Positions 9,322 through 19,724 are shown, counted from the first letter of the stretch. The stretch: 64,000 nt of DNA from Myxococcota bacterium (GCA_963674735.2 CAXXQS010000002.1:1568001-1632000), one strand, 5' to 3'. Notes: generated from the letters alone by a model not told the origin. Numbers and translations: made by a program.

Positions 9322-11859
9322 TCAACCGGAATGGGTTGAAGCTTGGAGTTTTTGCAGCACTTTTTCGTGCAGGCCGCCGAAACCGCCGTTGCTCAGGACG
9401 GCCAGGGTGTCGCCGGGAGCCGCTTCCCCCACCAGAAAATCCGCCATGGCGTCGGGGTCGGACAGATGGCGGGCGGTTTTACCGCCTGCGGCGAGGTCGG
9501 CCACCAGGCGTTCCACGTCGAGCCGCTCCGCCGGTGGGATGCGCTCGGGCCGTGACGGATCGCCGATGACCACCACATCCGCCGCCTCGAAACACGCGGC
9601 CAGCCGCGCCTGGAAGACGTTGCGGCTGGTGGTGTTGGTGCGCGGATCGAAGGCGGCCAGCAGCCGTCCCTTCGGGTAGCGCGAGCGCAGGCCGTCGAGC
9701 GTGGTGGCGATGGCCGTGGGATGATGGGCGAAATCGTCGATGACGCGCACCCCGGCGATTGTCCCGCGCACTTGCTGGCGGCGTGCGATGCCCGCGAAGC
9801 GCGCCAGCACCTCGGGCAGCCGCGCGATGTCGTGGCCCAATTCATTGAGCAGCGCCACCACCGCCAAGGTATTGAGTGCGTTGTGGCGACCCGACATGGG
9901 CAGGCGGAAAGTCAGCAGTTCCTGCCCCGCGCGCAGAATCCGCAGCCGTTGGCCGTCGGTGTTTTCGTCGAGCCGCTCGGCCTTGTAGAGCGCATCGGGA
10001 TGGTCGCCGTAGCCGATGACCGGGCAGGGGGCGTGGGCGGCCGCGCGGCGCACGCGTTCGTGATCCCAACAGGCCACCAGCCGACCCTCGGCGGGCACGA
10101 GCGTGGCGAAACGGGCGAACTGCGCCTCGATTTCCTCGACGCTGTCGTAGATGTCCGCGTGGTCGTATTCCAGGCTGGTGACGATGGCGCCGAAGGGGCG
10201 GTAGTGCAGGAATTTCGGGTATTTGTCGAAGTAGGCCGAATCGTATTCGTCGCCCTCGACCACGAACTCGGGTCCGTTGCCCAGCTTGAAATTGGAATCG
10301 AAGTTGCCGAGCAGCCCGCCGATCATGAAACCCGGATCGCGTCCCAGCCCCTCCAGACACCAGGCCAGCAGCGCGCAGGTGGTGGTTTTTCCGTGGGTGC
10401 CCGCCACGACCAGTGGACGGCGGGAGGCCAAAAACAGGCGTTCGAGCGCACCCGGAAAGGAGTCGCAGGCCAGCGCGCGGCGCTGCACCGTCACCGCCTC
10501 GATATGGTCGCGGGTGCACACATTGCCGATGATGGTCAGATCCGGGGGCGGATCGAGGTTCGCCGGGGAGAAGGGCTGCTTGATGTCGATGGCCTGTTCG
10601 CGCAGGAAATCCGACATGGGCGGGTAGACCGCTTCGTCGGAACCCGAGACCGCGTACCCGGCCTGCTTGAGCATGCCCGCCAGACTGCCCATGCCGGTGC
10701 CCGCGATGCCGACCAGGTGGATGTTTTTCGTCGCGTCGGGCGATGGCGGTTGGCGGTAGGGACCGGGGGCGGTGGCGCCAAAAGCGGTGTAGATGGCTTC
10801 GTGAAGGTCGCGGCGCAGCTCGCCGATGCGGGTTTCCTCCCGCGAAGGATGCACGCGGTTGGTGAGCAGCGTGACGGCGATATCGCGGTCCATGTCGTAC
10901 CAGCAGGAGGTGCCGGTAAAGCCCAGATGCCCGACGGCGTGGGGCGAAATGAAACGCCCGGCCTGGGAGGTTTTCCAGGTGGGACGGTCCCAGCCGAGCA
11001 CGAAGGGCGCGCCCGGGGCGTTGTCGAGCGGGTAGACGAAGGCCTGGGCCGTGGCTTGCGAGAAAAGTTCACTTTCGCCGCGCAGGGCTCGCCGCCATTC
11101 CCGCAATAGTGCATCCACCGCCGCTGCCGTGCCGAACAGACCAGCATGGCCGCACACGCCGCCTGCCGCATGGGCGTTGTCGTCGTGCACCTGCCCGCAT
11201 AAAAGCCCGCGGCGCGGACATATTTCGGTGGCGGCGACCGAGCGACCGTTCAGGCGCGTGTCGCTTTCCGCTTCACCGATGGGCAGAAAAAACAGATCGT
11301 CGATACCCAGCGGGGCGTAGAGCTCCCGCGCACAAAATCGGTCGAGGCGCTCCCCGGACACTTCCTCGATGATGGTTCCCAGAAGGATGAAGTCCAGGTC
11401 GCTGTAGAGCGAACGCTGTCCCGGCGGTGCCAGCAGGGTTTCATCCCCGGCCAGGGTGAACAGCCGCCCGCGCGGGTCGTCCGTGTCGTCGAGTCGGTCG
11501 AAAAAAGGCCGCCAGTCGGCCAGGCCGGAGGTGTGGCGCAGCAGGTGGTGAATTCTGGCGCGCGCCTTGCGGCCATGCCGCCAGGTGGCCAGGTAATATT
11601 CCACCGGGGTGTCGAGTTGCAGACGGCCGCTCTCCACCAGTCGCGCCACGGCGCTGACGGTGGCCAGGGGTTTCGTGAGCGAGGCCAGGTCGAACAGGCT
11701 GGTGGCGTCGATGGGCTGGCCCGCCGCTCCATATTGCGTGACGCCCAAGGCGGTGCGATGAAGCGTTTGTCCCTGCCGCGAGACGTGCAACTGGGCGGCG
11801 GAACAGACTTTTTCGTGGATGGCCCGTTCGAGGCGGGCGTCGATTTCGGCGAAAGTCAT
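9322..11859 (-). CDS. mpl: Fusion of a beta-lactamase-family serine hydrolase (N-term) and murein peptide ligase Mpl (C-term)
   Basis: N-terminal: DLASLTK (SxxK), YSDLDF, VHDDNA, GHLGFTGT. C-terminal: IHLVGIAGTGMGSLA, YPPMS, GTHGKTTT, EGDEYDSAYFDK, DHADIY, DDFAHHPTAI, SNGGFGG. One uninterrupted frame. Confidence 0.9.
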   Translation of the reverse strand: MTFAEIDARLERAIHEKVCSAAQLHVSRQGQTLHRTALGVTQYGAAGQPIDATSLFDLASLTKPLATVSAVARLVESGRLQLDTPVEYYLATWRHGRKARARIHHLLRHTSGLADWRPFFDRLDDTDDPRGRLFTLAGDETLLAPPGQRSLYSDLDFILLGTIIEEVSGERLDRFCARELYAPLGIDDLFFLPIGEAESDTRLNGRSVAATEICPRRGLLCGQVHDDNAHAAGGVCGHAGLFGTAAAVDALLREWRRALRGESELFSQATAQAFVYPLDNAPGAPFVLGWDRPTWKTSQAGRFISPHAVGHLGFTGTSCWYDMDRDIAVTLLTNRVHPSREETRIGELRRDLHEAIYTAFGATAPGPYRQPPSPDATKNIHLVGIAGTGMGSLAGMLKQAGYAVSGSDEAVYPPMSDFLREQAIDIKQPFSPANLDPPPDLTIIGNVCTRDHIEAVTVQRRALACDSFPGALERLFLASRRPLVVAGTHGKTTTCALLAWCLEGLGRDPGFMIGGLLGNFDSNFKLGNGPEFVVEGDEYDSAYFDKYPKFLHYRPFGAIVTSLEYDHADIYDSVEEIEAQFARFATLVPAEGRLVACWDHERVRRAAAHAPCPVIGYGDHPDALYKAERLDENTDGQRLRILRAGQELLTFRLPMSGRHNALNTLAVVALLNELGHDIARLPEVLARFAGIARRQQVRGTIAGVRVIDDFAHHPTAIATTLDGLRSRYPKGRLLAAFDPRTNTTSRNVFQARLAACFEAADVVVIGDPSRPERIPPAERLDVERLVADLAAGGKTARHLSDPDAMADFLVGEAAPGDTLAVLSNGGFGGLHEKVLQKLQASTHSG

Positions 11860-11892
11860 GGCGTTTTCATATCTTACATCAAGAGGTTAGAG

Positions 11893-12813
11893 TTAGGGGA
11901 TGACGGCCGCTTCCAGGGCGGTCAGTTCGCCGTGCCCGGCGTTGAGGCGTGTGCGCACGCCGCAGGGCAGGGGGTAATTGGCCGCGATGTGACCGAAAGA
12001 GGCATCTCCCGCCAGCGGCAGTCCGTGGCGCTCGGCGATGTCGTGCAGGCGCTTGTGAACCAGCCGCCGATGGGTGCCGGAATCGTCGCCGTTGGCGGTG
12101 AAGTCGCCCGCCACCAGACCCGCGACGCGTTCGAAGACCCCCGCCAGATCGAGGTGTGTGAGCAGGCGGTCGATGCGGTAGGTGGCTTCGTTGACGTCTT
12201 CGAGGGCCAGAATCGCGCCATCCAGATCGGGAAAATGCGGGGTGCCGACCAGATGCGCCAGCAGGGTGAGGTTCGTGGCGCACAGGGGGCCTTCCACCAC
12301 GCCCGGCCGCAGCGGCGTCAGTGCTTCGGGGAACAGCCGCCCCGGTGCGGACGGCTCGCCGATCATTTTCTGCAAGGCCCTTCCCACCTCGGGTGGAGCA
12401 TCGGGCAGGCTGACGAGTTGCGGGCTGTGGAAGGTCACCAGCCGCGTTTGGCGTTGAATGGCGGCATGTAGGCCCGAAATATCGGAAAACCCCAGCCAGA
12501 TTTTCGGGTTGGCGGCGATCTGGTTCCAGTCGAGGCGTTCGAGCAGACGCAGAATGCCGTAGCCGCCGCGCACCGGGCAGATTGCGCGTACCGCCGGATC
12601 GCGCACCATCTGCATCAACTCATCGGCGCGCCGCTCGTCCGATCCGGCCAGATAGTCCTGCCGTTCGAAGATGTCGTCGCGAAAAACCACGGAATATCCA
12701 TGGTTTTCGAACCATTTGACCCCCGCATCGAAGCGGGCGCGTTCAAACGGACCCGCCGGGGCGATCAATCCGACGGTGTCGCCCGGACGTAAAACTCGCG
12801 GTCTTAGCAGCAT
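11893..12813 (-). CDS. ldcA: LD-carboxypeptidase (peptidase S66)
   Basis: LRPGDTVGLIAPAG, YLAGSDERRA, RGGYG, GFSDIS (catalytic Ser), LEDVNE, SFGH. Start placed at ATG 12813 behind GGGAGG. Confidence 0.92.
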   Translation of the reverse strand: MLLRPRVLRPGDTVGLIAPAGPFERARFDAGVKWFENHGYSVVFRDDIFERQDYLAGSDERRADELMQMVRDPAVRAICPVRGGYGILRLLERLDWNQIAANPKIWLGFSDISGLHAAIQRQTRLVTFHSPQLVSLPDAPPEVGRALQKMIGEPSAPGRLFPEALTPLRPGVVEGPLCATNLTLLAHLVGTPHFPDLDGAILALEDVNEATYRIDRLLTHLDLAGVFERVAGLVAGDFTANGDDSGTHRRLVHKRLHDIAERHGLPLAGDASFGHIAANYPLPCGVRTRLNAGHGELTALEAAVIP

Positions 12814-13096
12814 ACCGAGCCATCCTCCCGATTTAATGAATCGTCTTCGAATCGCTGCCGCCATTTTGGGCGCTGGGGGGGGATTTGTCAACGTTCGCGA
12901 CTTTTCCGGGCTAAAGTTCTGGCTTCGAACGCCGAATTATCTTGCAGCGGAGACCACTTCCGTTTACCCTTTTACCATCCGGCCAAGGCGGACGGGGATG
13001 TACGGCGCACGAATCGTTGGGCGACCACCCCGTAATCCGACGAGGGCTAGGGTGTAAAAACGCGTGGAAGGTCTGACACATAGAGGGGAATTGTGA

Positions 13097-13125
13097 TTGA
13101 CACCCCGATCCGGGTTTGGTATAAG
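13097..13125 (+). promoter_or_regulatory. Putative sigma70-type promoter of the glt/agl operon
   Basis: TTGACA (13097-13102), 17-nt spacer, TATAAG (13120-13125) preceded by TG; 100 nt upstream of the first gene. Confidence 0.55.
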
Positions 13126-13224
13126 GAACCCCTCACTGTGTAGGGTTTTTTTAGGGACAATGCGGCACCGGTATCGGCGGGTGTGGCACGCAGTTCGGTG
13201 GTCAGGCATGCAGGAGGAGCGATA

Positions 13225-13932
13225 ATGCGCACCGCATGGTTAAGCTTATTCGTGATTCTTATCCTCTGGTTCGGCTTTGCCGCCCTTGGCGCGGCTCAAG
13301 AGCCGGCCTCTGGCCGTGAAGCGCCGACTGCCGCAGTCGGTGACGACACGGGTGGGTTGGCCTCGGCCGACGAGGTGTACGATCTCAAGATGAAAGAGTT
13401 GGAAGAGAAGGTCAATCAGCTCAAAGAGAAGATCTTCCGCTCCAAAACGCGCTTGCTGCTTTTGCAGGAAACCATTCTGCATGGCGTGATCGCCGGTTCC
13501 AAAGCGGTGATTACCCATAAAAACGAGATGGGCGGGGCCTATCGGCTCGAAAGTGTGGCCTACTATCTCGATGGTGCGCCGATATTCGGAAAGATCGATA
13601 TCGACGGCGATTTGAGCGGCAAAGAGTCCATCGAGATCTATAACGGCACCATCCAGCCGGGCAAACACATGCTTTCGGTTTACATGGTTTACCGTGGAGA
13701 TTCCTCGGTTTTCGTCTATGTGGAGGGAATTCAGGTAAAACTGAAGAGCAGCTATACCTTCAAGGCGGAGGAAGGGAAGATTTCCCTGATCGATGTCGTC
13801 GGCTTCGACAAGGGCGGGGTGATGGCCAAGTTCGAGGATCGGCCCGCCGTGAAATACAACACTCGGTTTACCGATTTGCAGGAAAAAGACATTGAGTCGA
13901 CTTCGGGTGCGACCGACAAGACCGCTCCGTAG
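13225..13932 (+). CDS. Exported protein, coiled coil plus beta-rich domain; first gene of the glt-like operon
   Basis: Start at ATG 13225 behind AGGAGGAG; signal peptide; heptad region LKMKELEEKVNQLKEKIFRSKTRLLLLQE; beta-strand-rich C-terminus. Confidence 0.75.
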   Translation: MRTAWLSLFVILILWFGFAALGAAQEPASGREAPTAAVGDDTGGLASADEVYDLKMKELEEKVNQLKEKIFRSKTRLLLLQETILHGVIAGSKAVITHKNEMGGAYRLESVAYYLDGAPIFGKIDIDGDLSGKESIEIYNGTIQPGKHMLSVYMVYRGDSSVFVYVEGIQVKLKSSYTFKAEEGKISLIDVVGFDKGGVMAKFEDRPAVKYNTRFTDLQEKDIESTSGATDKTAP

Positions 13933-13965
13933 GCGGAGGGTCCGACGATAGCGGAGATTCCATTG

Positions 13966-16293
13966 ATGCCATACGCGCAGCTTCCGATGAGCCTCAGAGT
14001 GCTGACGGTGTTGCTCCTGTTTGCGGGGCTGGCCGCAGGCGGACGCGCCGAGGCGGCCGTAGGCGCCGTGGATGAAGATCTCTCGGGCGTCGAGCAACGT
14101 CTCACCGACCTGGATGCCAGCGTGGCCCAGTTGCGAGGACGTTATGTGCGAACCCTGGAACTGCGGGCCGAACGCGAGTTCCGCTCCCGTTTCGAACAGG
14201 CATTGTTTCTTTACAACGACGGCGACTTCGTACACGCCTCGATCATTTTCACCGATCTGCTCGATTATCCCGACGTGGAACGCCGCAGCGAATACAGCGA
14301 CGTCCTCTGGTATCTGGGCGACTCCTTTGCTCGCAACAAAAACTACATTTCGGCGCGCGAGTGGCTGGAAAAGGTGGTGGCCTTCGGACAGTCGACCCCC
14401 CATTTTCGCGATGCGCTGGTCCGTTTGATCGAAATCTCGGTGGAACTGGGCCGTTTTCAGGAAGCCGAAACCTACTACAACACGCTCAGTCGGGTGGAAG
14501 GCCCGGCGGGCTACGAGCTGATTCAGTATGCCTATGCCAAATCGCTGCATAAGAAGGGGCGTCTCGATCAGGCGTTGCGCGCCTTCCGGCAGGTGCCCGT
14601 CAACGGCGCCCAGCGGCCGGAAGCCGACTACTTCATCGGCGTCATTCTGGTGCAGAAAAACCAACTCGAAGAAGCCTTGGCGATTTTCGATGAGTTGTCC
14701 AAGCTCGACGCCGACAGCGAGCGGCGTGCCGATTTACGCGAATTGGCCATGCTGGCTTCCGCTCGTATCCGCTTCGAATTGGGCCGCTACGAAGAAGCCC
14801 TGAGCCTGTATCGCCAGATTCCGGTGGATTCGAAATTCTTCGATCAGGCTTATTACGAAATCTGCTGGATTCACATCAAACAGAAGAAGTACGCCGAGGC
14901 GGCCAATACCCTCGACATCATGCTGCTGGCTCTGCCGGATTCGGTTTACGCGCCCAACTCCCAGGTTTTAAAGGGAAATATCCGCCTGTGGGAGTCGCGC
15001 TGGGACGATGCCCAGTACAGCTTCCAGACCGTCATCAACAAGTATGCGAACGTGGTCGACACCATGGATGAACTGCTGGTGCAGACCACGGGCCAGCGCG
15101 CCGAAGAAATCCAGACGCGCTTGCTGAGCCAGGAGTCCACCCTGCCATCGGTGGTGATGTCCTGGCTGGAGCAGGAAGAGGACGTGGCGGAAGTGCTGGC
15201 GATGAAAGAAAATCTGAAGGGCGGCGAAGAGGATGCCGAGGAATCGGCCCGCATCGTCGACTCGTTGAAATTGCATCTGAGCCAGGAATCGAAGGCCAAT
15301 CTCTTTCCCCAGTTGAAGGAAGGCCGCGAGCGGGGCTTAGCCGTCAAAACCGAGCTGACCGAAGTTCGGGGCCGTTTGGTGAGCTTGAGCAACGACCTGG
15401 TGGGCGATCGGATTACCGATGCCCAGCGTGAACGGCTGGTCAAGGTGCAGGCGCGTCGCCGCGAACTGGAAGAGCTGTTCGCCACCATCCCGAAGACGGT
15501 TCAGGCGCGGCACGAACGCCGTCAGCGGCAGGTCGCCCGACTCGACGAGCTGGACAAACAGCTTTACGCCCTCACGCTGCAGCTCAAAGGGCTCGACGAG
15601 GTGCTGGCCGAAGTGGCGGCTCGTCATGAAAAACAAACCGGCGATCCCAATATGTCGGCCGATTATCTGGCCAAGGCCAAAGCGGAGATCAGGGCCGAGC
15701 GGGACGATCTGAAAGGGATGCTGCGTTACGTCGAAGGTGTCCAGCGGGATGTGTCGCGCGCCATCGAACGCACCAAGATCGGCGATGAATCCGCCGACCG
15801 CGACGAGCGCATCCAGCGCGAATTGGAGCGGGTGCAGGCCGAAGAGAAGACCTTGCTGGCGGCCATGCGCAACGCCATGGGCTCCGACGAACTGACGTTG
15901 TTCGAGCGTATCGAACTGGCCAAACAACATTCCGACCGTCTCAACCAGGATGTGGAAGTGTTTTTCCTCGATCTGGAAAACATGGTGGGCGACCGGGTGC
16001 AGGCCTTTGTGCGCAAGGTTGAAAAAGAAGAGCGCGATCTGGCGATCTATATGAAGGATCTGCGCGTTTACCAGGACGATTCGGAAAAACTGGCGGCCGA
16101 AATCGCCTACAACAACCTGCAAAGCGTGCGCGACCGTTTTTACGATATCGTGCTGAAAGCCAACGTCGGCTTGGTGGATATCGCTTGGGAAAAGCGCCAG
16201 ACGATCAAAGACAAGATCGACGGCATTCTCGATCAGCGTAGCGACGAGAAGGAACAGCTCAACGTGTCCTTCCGCGAACTGCGCGGGGAATAG
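13966..16293 (+). CDS. gltC: Periplasmic TPR/coiled-coil protein, GltC-like
   Basis: Signal peptide, N-terminal TPR repeats, long C-terminal coiled coil ending LKANVGLVDIAWEK; lies directly upstream of GltD/E/F-like genes. Confidence 0.68.
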   Translation: MPYAQLPMSLRVLTVLLLFAGLAAGGRAEAAVGAVDEDLSGVEQRLTDLDASVAQLRGRYVRTLELRAEREFRSRFEQALFLYNDGDFVHASIIFTDLLDYPDVERRSEYSDVLWYLGDSFARNKNYISAREWLEKVVAFGQSTPHFRDALVRLIEISVELGRFQEAETYYNTLSRVEGPAGYELIQYAYAKSLHKKGRLDQALRAFRQVPVNGAQRPEADYFIGVILVQKNQLEEALAIFDELSKLDADSERRADLRELAMLASARIRFELGRYEEALSLYRQIPVDSKFFDQAYYEICWIHIKQKKYAEAANTLDIMLLALPDSVYAPNSQVLKGNIRLWESRWDDAQYSFQTVINKYANVVDTMDELLVQTTGQRAEEIQTRLLSQESTLPSVVMSWLEQEEDVAEVLAMKENLKGGEEDAEESARIVDSLKLHLSQESKANLFPQLKEGRERGLAVKTELTEVRGRLVSLSNDLVGDRITDAQRERLVKVQARRRELEELFATIPKTVQARHERRQRQVARLDELDKQLYALTLQLKGLDEVLAEVAARHEKQTGDPNMSADYLAKAKAEIRAERDDLKGMLRYVEGVQRDVSRAIERTKIGDESADRDERIQRELERVQAEEKTLLAAMRNAMGSDELTLFERIELAKQHSDRLNQDVEVFFLDLENMVGDRVQAFVRKVEKEERDLAIYMKDLRVYQDDSEKLAAEIAYNNLQSVRDRFYDIVLKANVGLVDIAWEKRQTIKDKIDGILDQRSDEKEQLNVSFRELRGE

Positions 16294-16299
16294 TTTCGG

Positions 16300-19200
16300 A
16301 TGAAACCAATGCATGAGACATTCGGACGGCTGGGATGGGGGCTGTGGCTGCTGGCGGGATTGCTGGCTGCTTGGCCGGTGATGGCCCAGGACGCCCCGCC
16401 GGTTGCGGCGGAAGGTCCGGAGAAACTGGCCATCGAGCCGGGCGAAGCCCCGTTGACCGCCGAAGAAGTCAAGGAGGCGGTGCGCCGTTTCACCAGTCGC
16501 GTCGGCGAGTTTCAGCAGGACATCGGCGATATGGTGGACGATCAGTACGCCACCCGCGAGAAACAGATCGATTCGGCCTACGAAGAGGAACTCCAGGCGC
16601 TGGAAGGGAAGGAACTGGAAGCTATTCTGGCCGCGATCGAACGGCTGGAGCGCTTTCTCGCCTTGTATCCCGACGAACGCGAGTATTCGCCCGATGCCAT
16701 GTTCCGCCTGGCCGAATTGTACTTCCAGAAAGCCCGGCGCGAGTTCGATACCGTGCGCGAGGATGAGCTGGCCGAGTACGAACGCCGTCTGACCTTGTTC
16801 GACGAGGGGTTGCTCGACGACGAGCCCACCCCGCCCCATCCCGATTTCACCCGTTCGATTGCGCTGTATGAAGAGGTGGCCAACCGCTTCCCCGACTACC
16901 GCTACATCGATGCGGTCTATTACCTCATGGCGTACGCCTTCCAGGAACAGGGCAATTCGCCCATGGTGCGGCGCGCCTTCGAGGACATGATCGCCATCCG
17001 GCCCGACAGCGTTTACGTGGCGGAAGGGTATCTGCGTATCGGCGACGCCTATTTCAACGAATTGAATTACGAGCAGGCTCTCACGGCGCTGCAAAAAGCC
17101 TCGCAGTTCAAAGACTCGATCTTCTACGACCAGATTCTCTACAAATTGGCGTCCACCAATTTCATTCTGAATCGCTTCGACGAGGCGGTGCGCGCCTTTG
17201 CCGATCTGAACGACTATTCGGAAAAGGTGCTCAAGGAAAAAGGGCGGCATTCCTATTTCCGCGACGAATCGGTCAAGTACATCGCCTATTCCTACGCTCA
17301 GGGCGAAACTTACTGGGATAAGGCCGGAACTCAAAACGCCATCGCCTTTTTCGACCAGCTCGGCGATCGCCCCTGGGAAGCCGATGTCTTCCGCGATCTG
17401 GGCGATTATTTCGTGCAGCAGAGCAAATGGCTGGAGGCCGTCGCGTCCTACAAACGCGTGATCGCCAAGGATCCCTATAATGAGGCCAATCCCGAACTGC
17501 AAAACAAGATCATCCAGATCTACGCCTTCGGCCTGCGCGACGACGACAAGCAGAACGACGAACGGGAGCGTCTGATCGTCGATTACGGCGAAGGCAGCGA
17601 TTGGGCCATCCAGAACGCCGACAACCCCGACGCCGTGCGTGCGGCCGCCGAATTGTCGCTCAATTCGCTCAAGCAATGGGCCACAGCGCAGCACATTCAG
17701 GCGCAACGCTACCGGCAGATGGGCCGTGAAGCCGATGCCGCTACCTATTATGGTCGCTCGGCCAAGGCCTACCGCACCTTCCTTACGAAGTTCCCGCACG
17801 ATAAAGAGGCCTACGAACTCAATTTCCGGTTGGCCGAGGCGCTGTTCTTCTCGGGGAACTACCCGGATGCCGTGACGGAATACCTCAAGGTGCGCGACAG
17901 CAAGCTCAAGACCACCTACTTCCAGGACGCCGCCTACGCCGTGGTGCTGTGCTACGACAACCTGATTCGTCAAGAGGGCGAAGCCCTGACCGTCAGCGAG
18001 CAGGAAGCCCAGGCCCAACAGCGCGAGCGCCTGAAAGGGGAAACGGAAAAGACGCCCATCCCCGAGCTCAAGCAGAAGTATATCGAGGCGGGAGACTTTT
18101 ACGTCAATAACACCACCACGCCGCTCGACCAGGAGAAAATCGCCTGGAACTCGGCCGAGATCCTGTTCGAAAACAACCACCTCGAAGAGGCGCGCGACCG
18201 CTACATCGACATCGTCAACCGCTTCCCCAAAAGCGACATCAGCCCCAAGGCCGCCCGGCGCATCATCGATACCTACACGCTGGCGCAGGATTGGGTAAAG
18301 GTGACCGAGTGGTCGGAGAAGTTGGCGTCGCTGGAGATCGGTGGGACGGCGGAACGCGAACAGATGCGCGCCCAGTTGCGCGAGATTCGCGGAAACGCCA
18401 TGGCGCAGTTCGCTTCCGAACTGGAGGAACGCCAGGAATACGAGAAGGCGGCCGAGCAGTACCTCAAGGCCGTGGAACAGGATCAGACCTCGAAAGACGC
18501 CCCGGCCATGCTGTACAATGCTGCCGTCAATTACTCGCGTGCCAAGCGCCCGGCCAAGGCCATGTCGCTCTTCCAGCGTATGGTGGACGCTTACCCGCAG
18601 GCCGAGTTCGCCGCCGAGTCGCTCTACTTCGTGGCTGAAAACGCCTTCGATTCCTTCAATCTCGACCGAGCCTCCAAGGCTTATGCGCAGTTGTACACCA
18701 GTTATCCCGATATCGAGCCTCATCGCCGTTGTCTCTCGATCTACAATCACGCCCAACTCAAGGAATTCGATCACGAATACCGTGAAGCGGCGCGGATTTA
18801 CGAGAAATATTCCGTGGAGTGCGAAGCCATCGAGCAGGATGCCCCCATCATTCTGTTCCGCTCGGGCGAGTTGTTCGAGAAGCTGAAAGACTGGCGCAAC
18901 ATGACGCGCGTCTATCAGGACTTCATCGACCGTTTCGGCAATCAAACCGAGAACCATCGCTTCGCCGTACAGGCCTATTTCAAGATCGGTGAGGCCTACA
19001 GCGGCCAGAACCGCACGCGGGATGCCGTCCGGTATTACGAGCGCGCCATCGAATTTTTCCGTTCCCATCCCGGGCTCGAATCGGATTTCCTGGCCAACCA
19101 GATTGCGGGTCAATGCCAGTTTTTGCTGGTGGATCTGGAGTTCGACAAGTACAAGGCGGTTCGCATCGGCGGGCGCAGTCCCAAACAGATCGCCGATTCG

Positions 19201-19701
19201 TTCAACACCAAAGAATCGCGCATGTACGAAATCATCGAGCGCTACAAGCAGGTCAAAGACTTCAAGAGCCCCGAGTACTTCCTGGCGGCGAGTTACCGTA
19301 GCGCCCAGTCGGTCGTCATTTTCGCTGACGCGTTGTTCGATGCGCCGGTGCCGCGCGAGCTGAAGAAACTGGGTGAAGAATACGTGTTGGAATACCAGCA
19401 GCAGTTGTCCGACAGGGCCCGGCCCTTCTACGAGTTGGCCGCGAAAACCTACCTCGATGCCTTCGAGGAGGCCAAAACGGCCAAATTGTTCGGTTCGCCC
19501 TGGATGAAGCGGCTGATCGAAGCGCTCAATCATCCGAACCTGCAGACCTTGGTGGGCAGCGACGTGAAAATGCGCAAGCCCGAAAAGGTCCGCTTCAAGA
19601 AGCAGGTGCAGTCGCCCATGCCGCTGGACACGGGCAAGCCGCATGTACGCGTTAAACCGAAAGAAACGGAGCCGGCCGAGGCCACGGAGCAGGCGGGCTA
19701 A
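16300..19701 (+). CDS. gltD: Large periplasmic TPR protein, GltD (AgmU)-like
   Basis: 1133 aa, signal peptide, many TPRs (PDAMFRLAELYF, DAVYYLMAY, LRIGDAYF); C-terminal FADALFDAPVPRELK segment typical of GltD-type proteins; synteny. Confidence 0.78.
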   Translation: MKPMHETFGRLGWGLWLLAGLLAAWPVMAQDAPPVAAEGPEKLAIEPGEAPLTAEEVKEAVRRFTSRVGEFQQDIGDMVDDQYATREKQIDSAYEEELQALEGKELEAILAAIERLERFLALYPDEREYSPDAMFRLAELYFQKARREFDTVREDELAEYERRLTLFDEGLLDDEPTPPHPDFTRSIALYEEVANRFPDYRYIDAVYYLMAYAFQEQGNSPMVRRAFEDMIAIRPDSVYVAEGYLRIGDAYFNELNYEQALTALQKASQFKDSIFYDQILYKLASTNFILNRFDEAVRAFADLNDYSEKVLKEKGRHSYFRDESVKYIAYSYAQGETYWDKAGTQNAIAFFDQLGDRPWEADVFRDLGDYFVQQSKWLEAVASYKRVIAKDPYNEANPELQNKIIQIYAFGLRDDDKQNDERERLIVDYGEGSDWAIQNADNPDAVRAAAELSLNSLKQWATAQHIQAQRYRQMGREADAATYYGRSAKAYRTFLTKFPHDKEAYELNFRLAEALFFSGNYPDAVTEYLKVRDSKLKTTYFQDAAYAVVLCYDNLIRQEGEALTVSEQEAQAQQRERLKGETEKTPIPELKQKYIEAGDFYVNNTTTPLDQEKIAWNSAEILFENNHLEEARDRYIDIVNRFPKSDISPKAARRIIDTYTLAQDWVKVTEWSEKLASLEIGGTAEREQMRAQLREIRGNAMAQFASELEERQEYEKAAEQYLKAVEQDQTSKDAPAMLYNAAVNYSRAKRPAKAMSLFQRMVDAYPQAEFAAESLYFVAENAFDSFNLDRASKAYAQLYTSYPDIEPHRRCLSIYNHAQLKEFDHEYREAARIYEKYSVECEAIEQDAPIILFRSGELFEKLKDWRNMTRVYQDFIDRFGNQTENHRFAVQAYFKIGEAYSGQNRTRDAVRYYERAIEFFRSHPGLESDFLANQIAGQCQFLLVDLEFDKYKAVRIGGRSPKQIADSFNTKESRMYEIIERYKQVKDFKSPEYFLAASYRSAQSVVIFADALFDAPVPRELKKLGEEYVLEYQQQLSDRARPFYELAAKTYLDAFEEAKTAKLFGSPWMKRLIEALNHPNLQTLVGSDVKMRKPEKVRFKKQVQSPMPLDTGKPHVRVKPKETEPAEATEQAG

Positions 19702-19724
19702 ATAGAGGAGGCGGGGAGCGAATC

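Noticed and set aside
13184-13198. Possible sigma54 promoter (TGGCACG-cagt-TCGG) upstream of the glt operon
   Set aside because: Good -24 box but the -12 GC is missing; the sigma70 match upstream is better.
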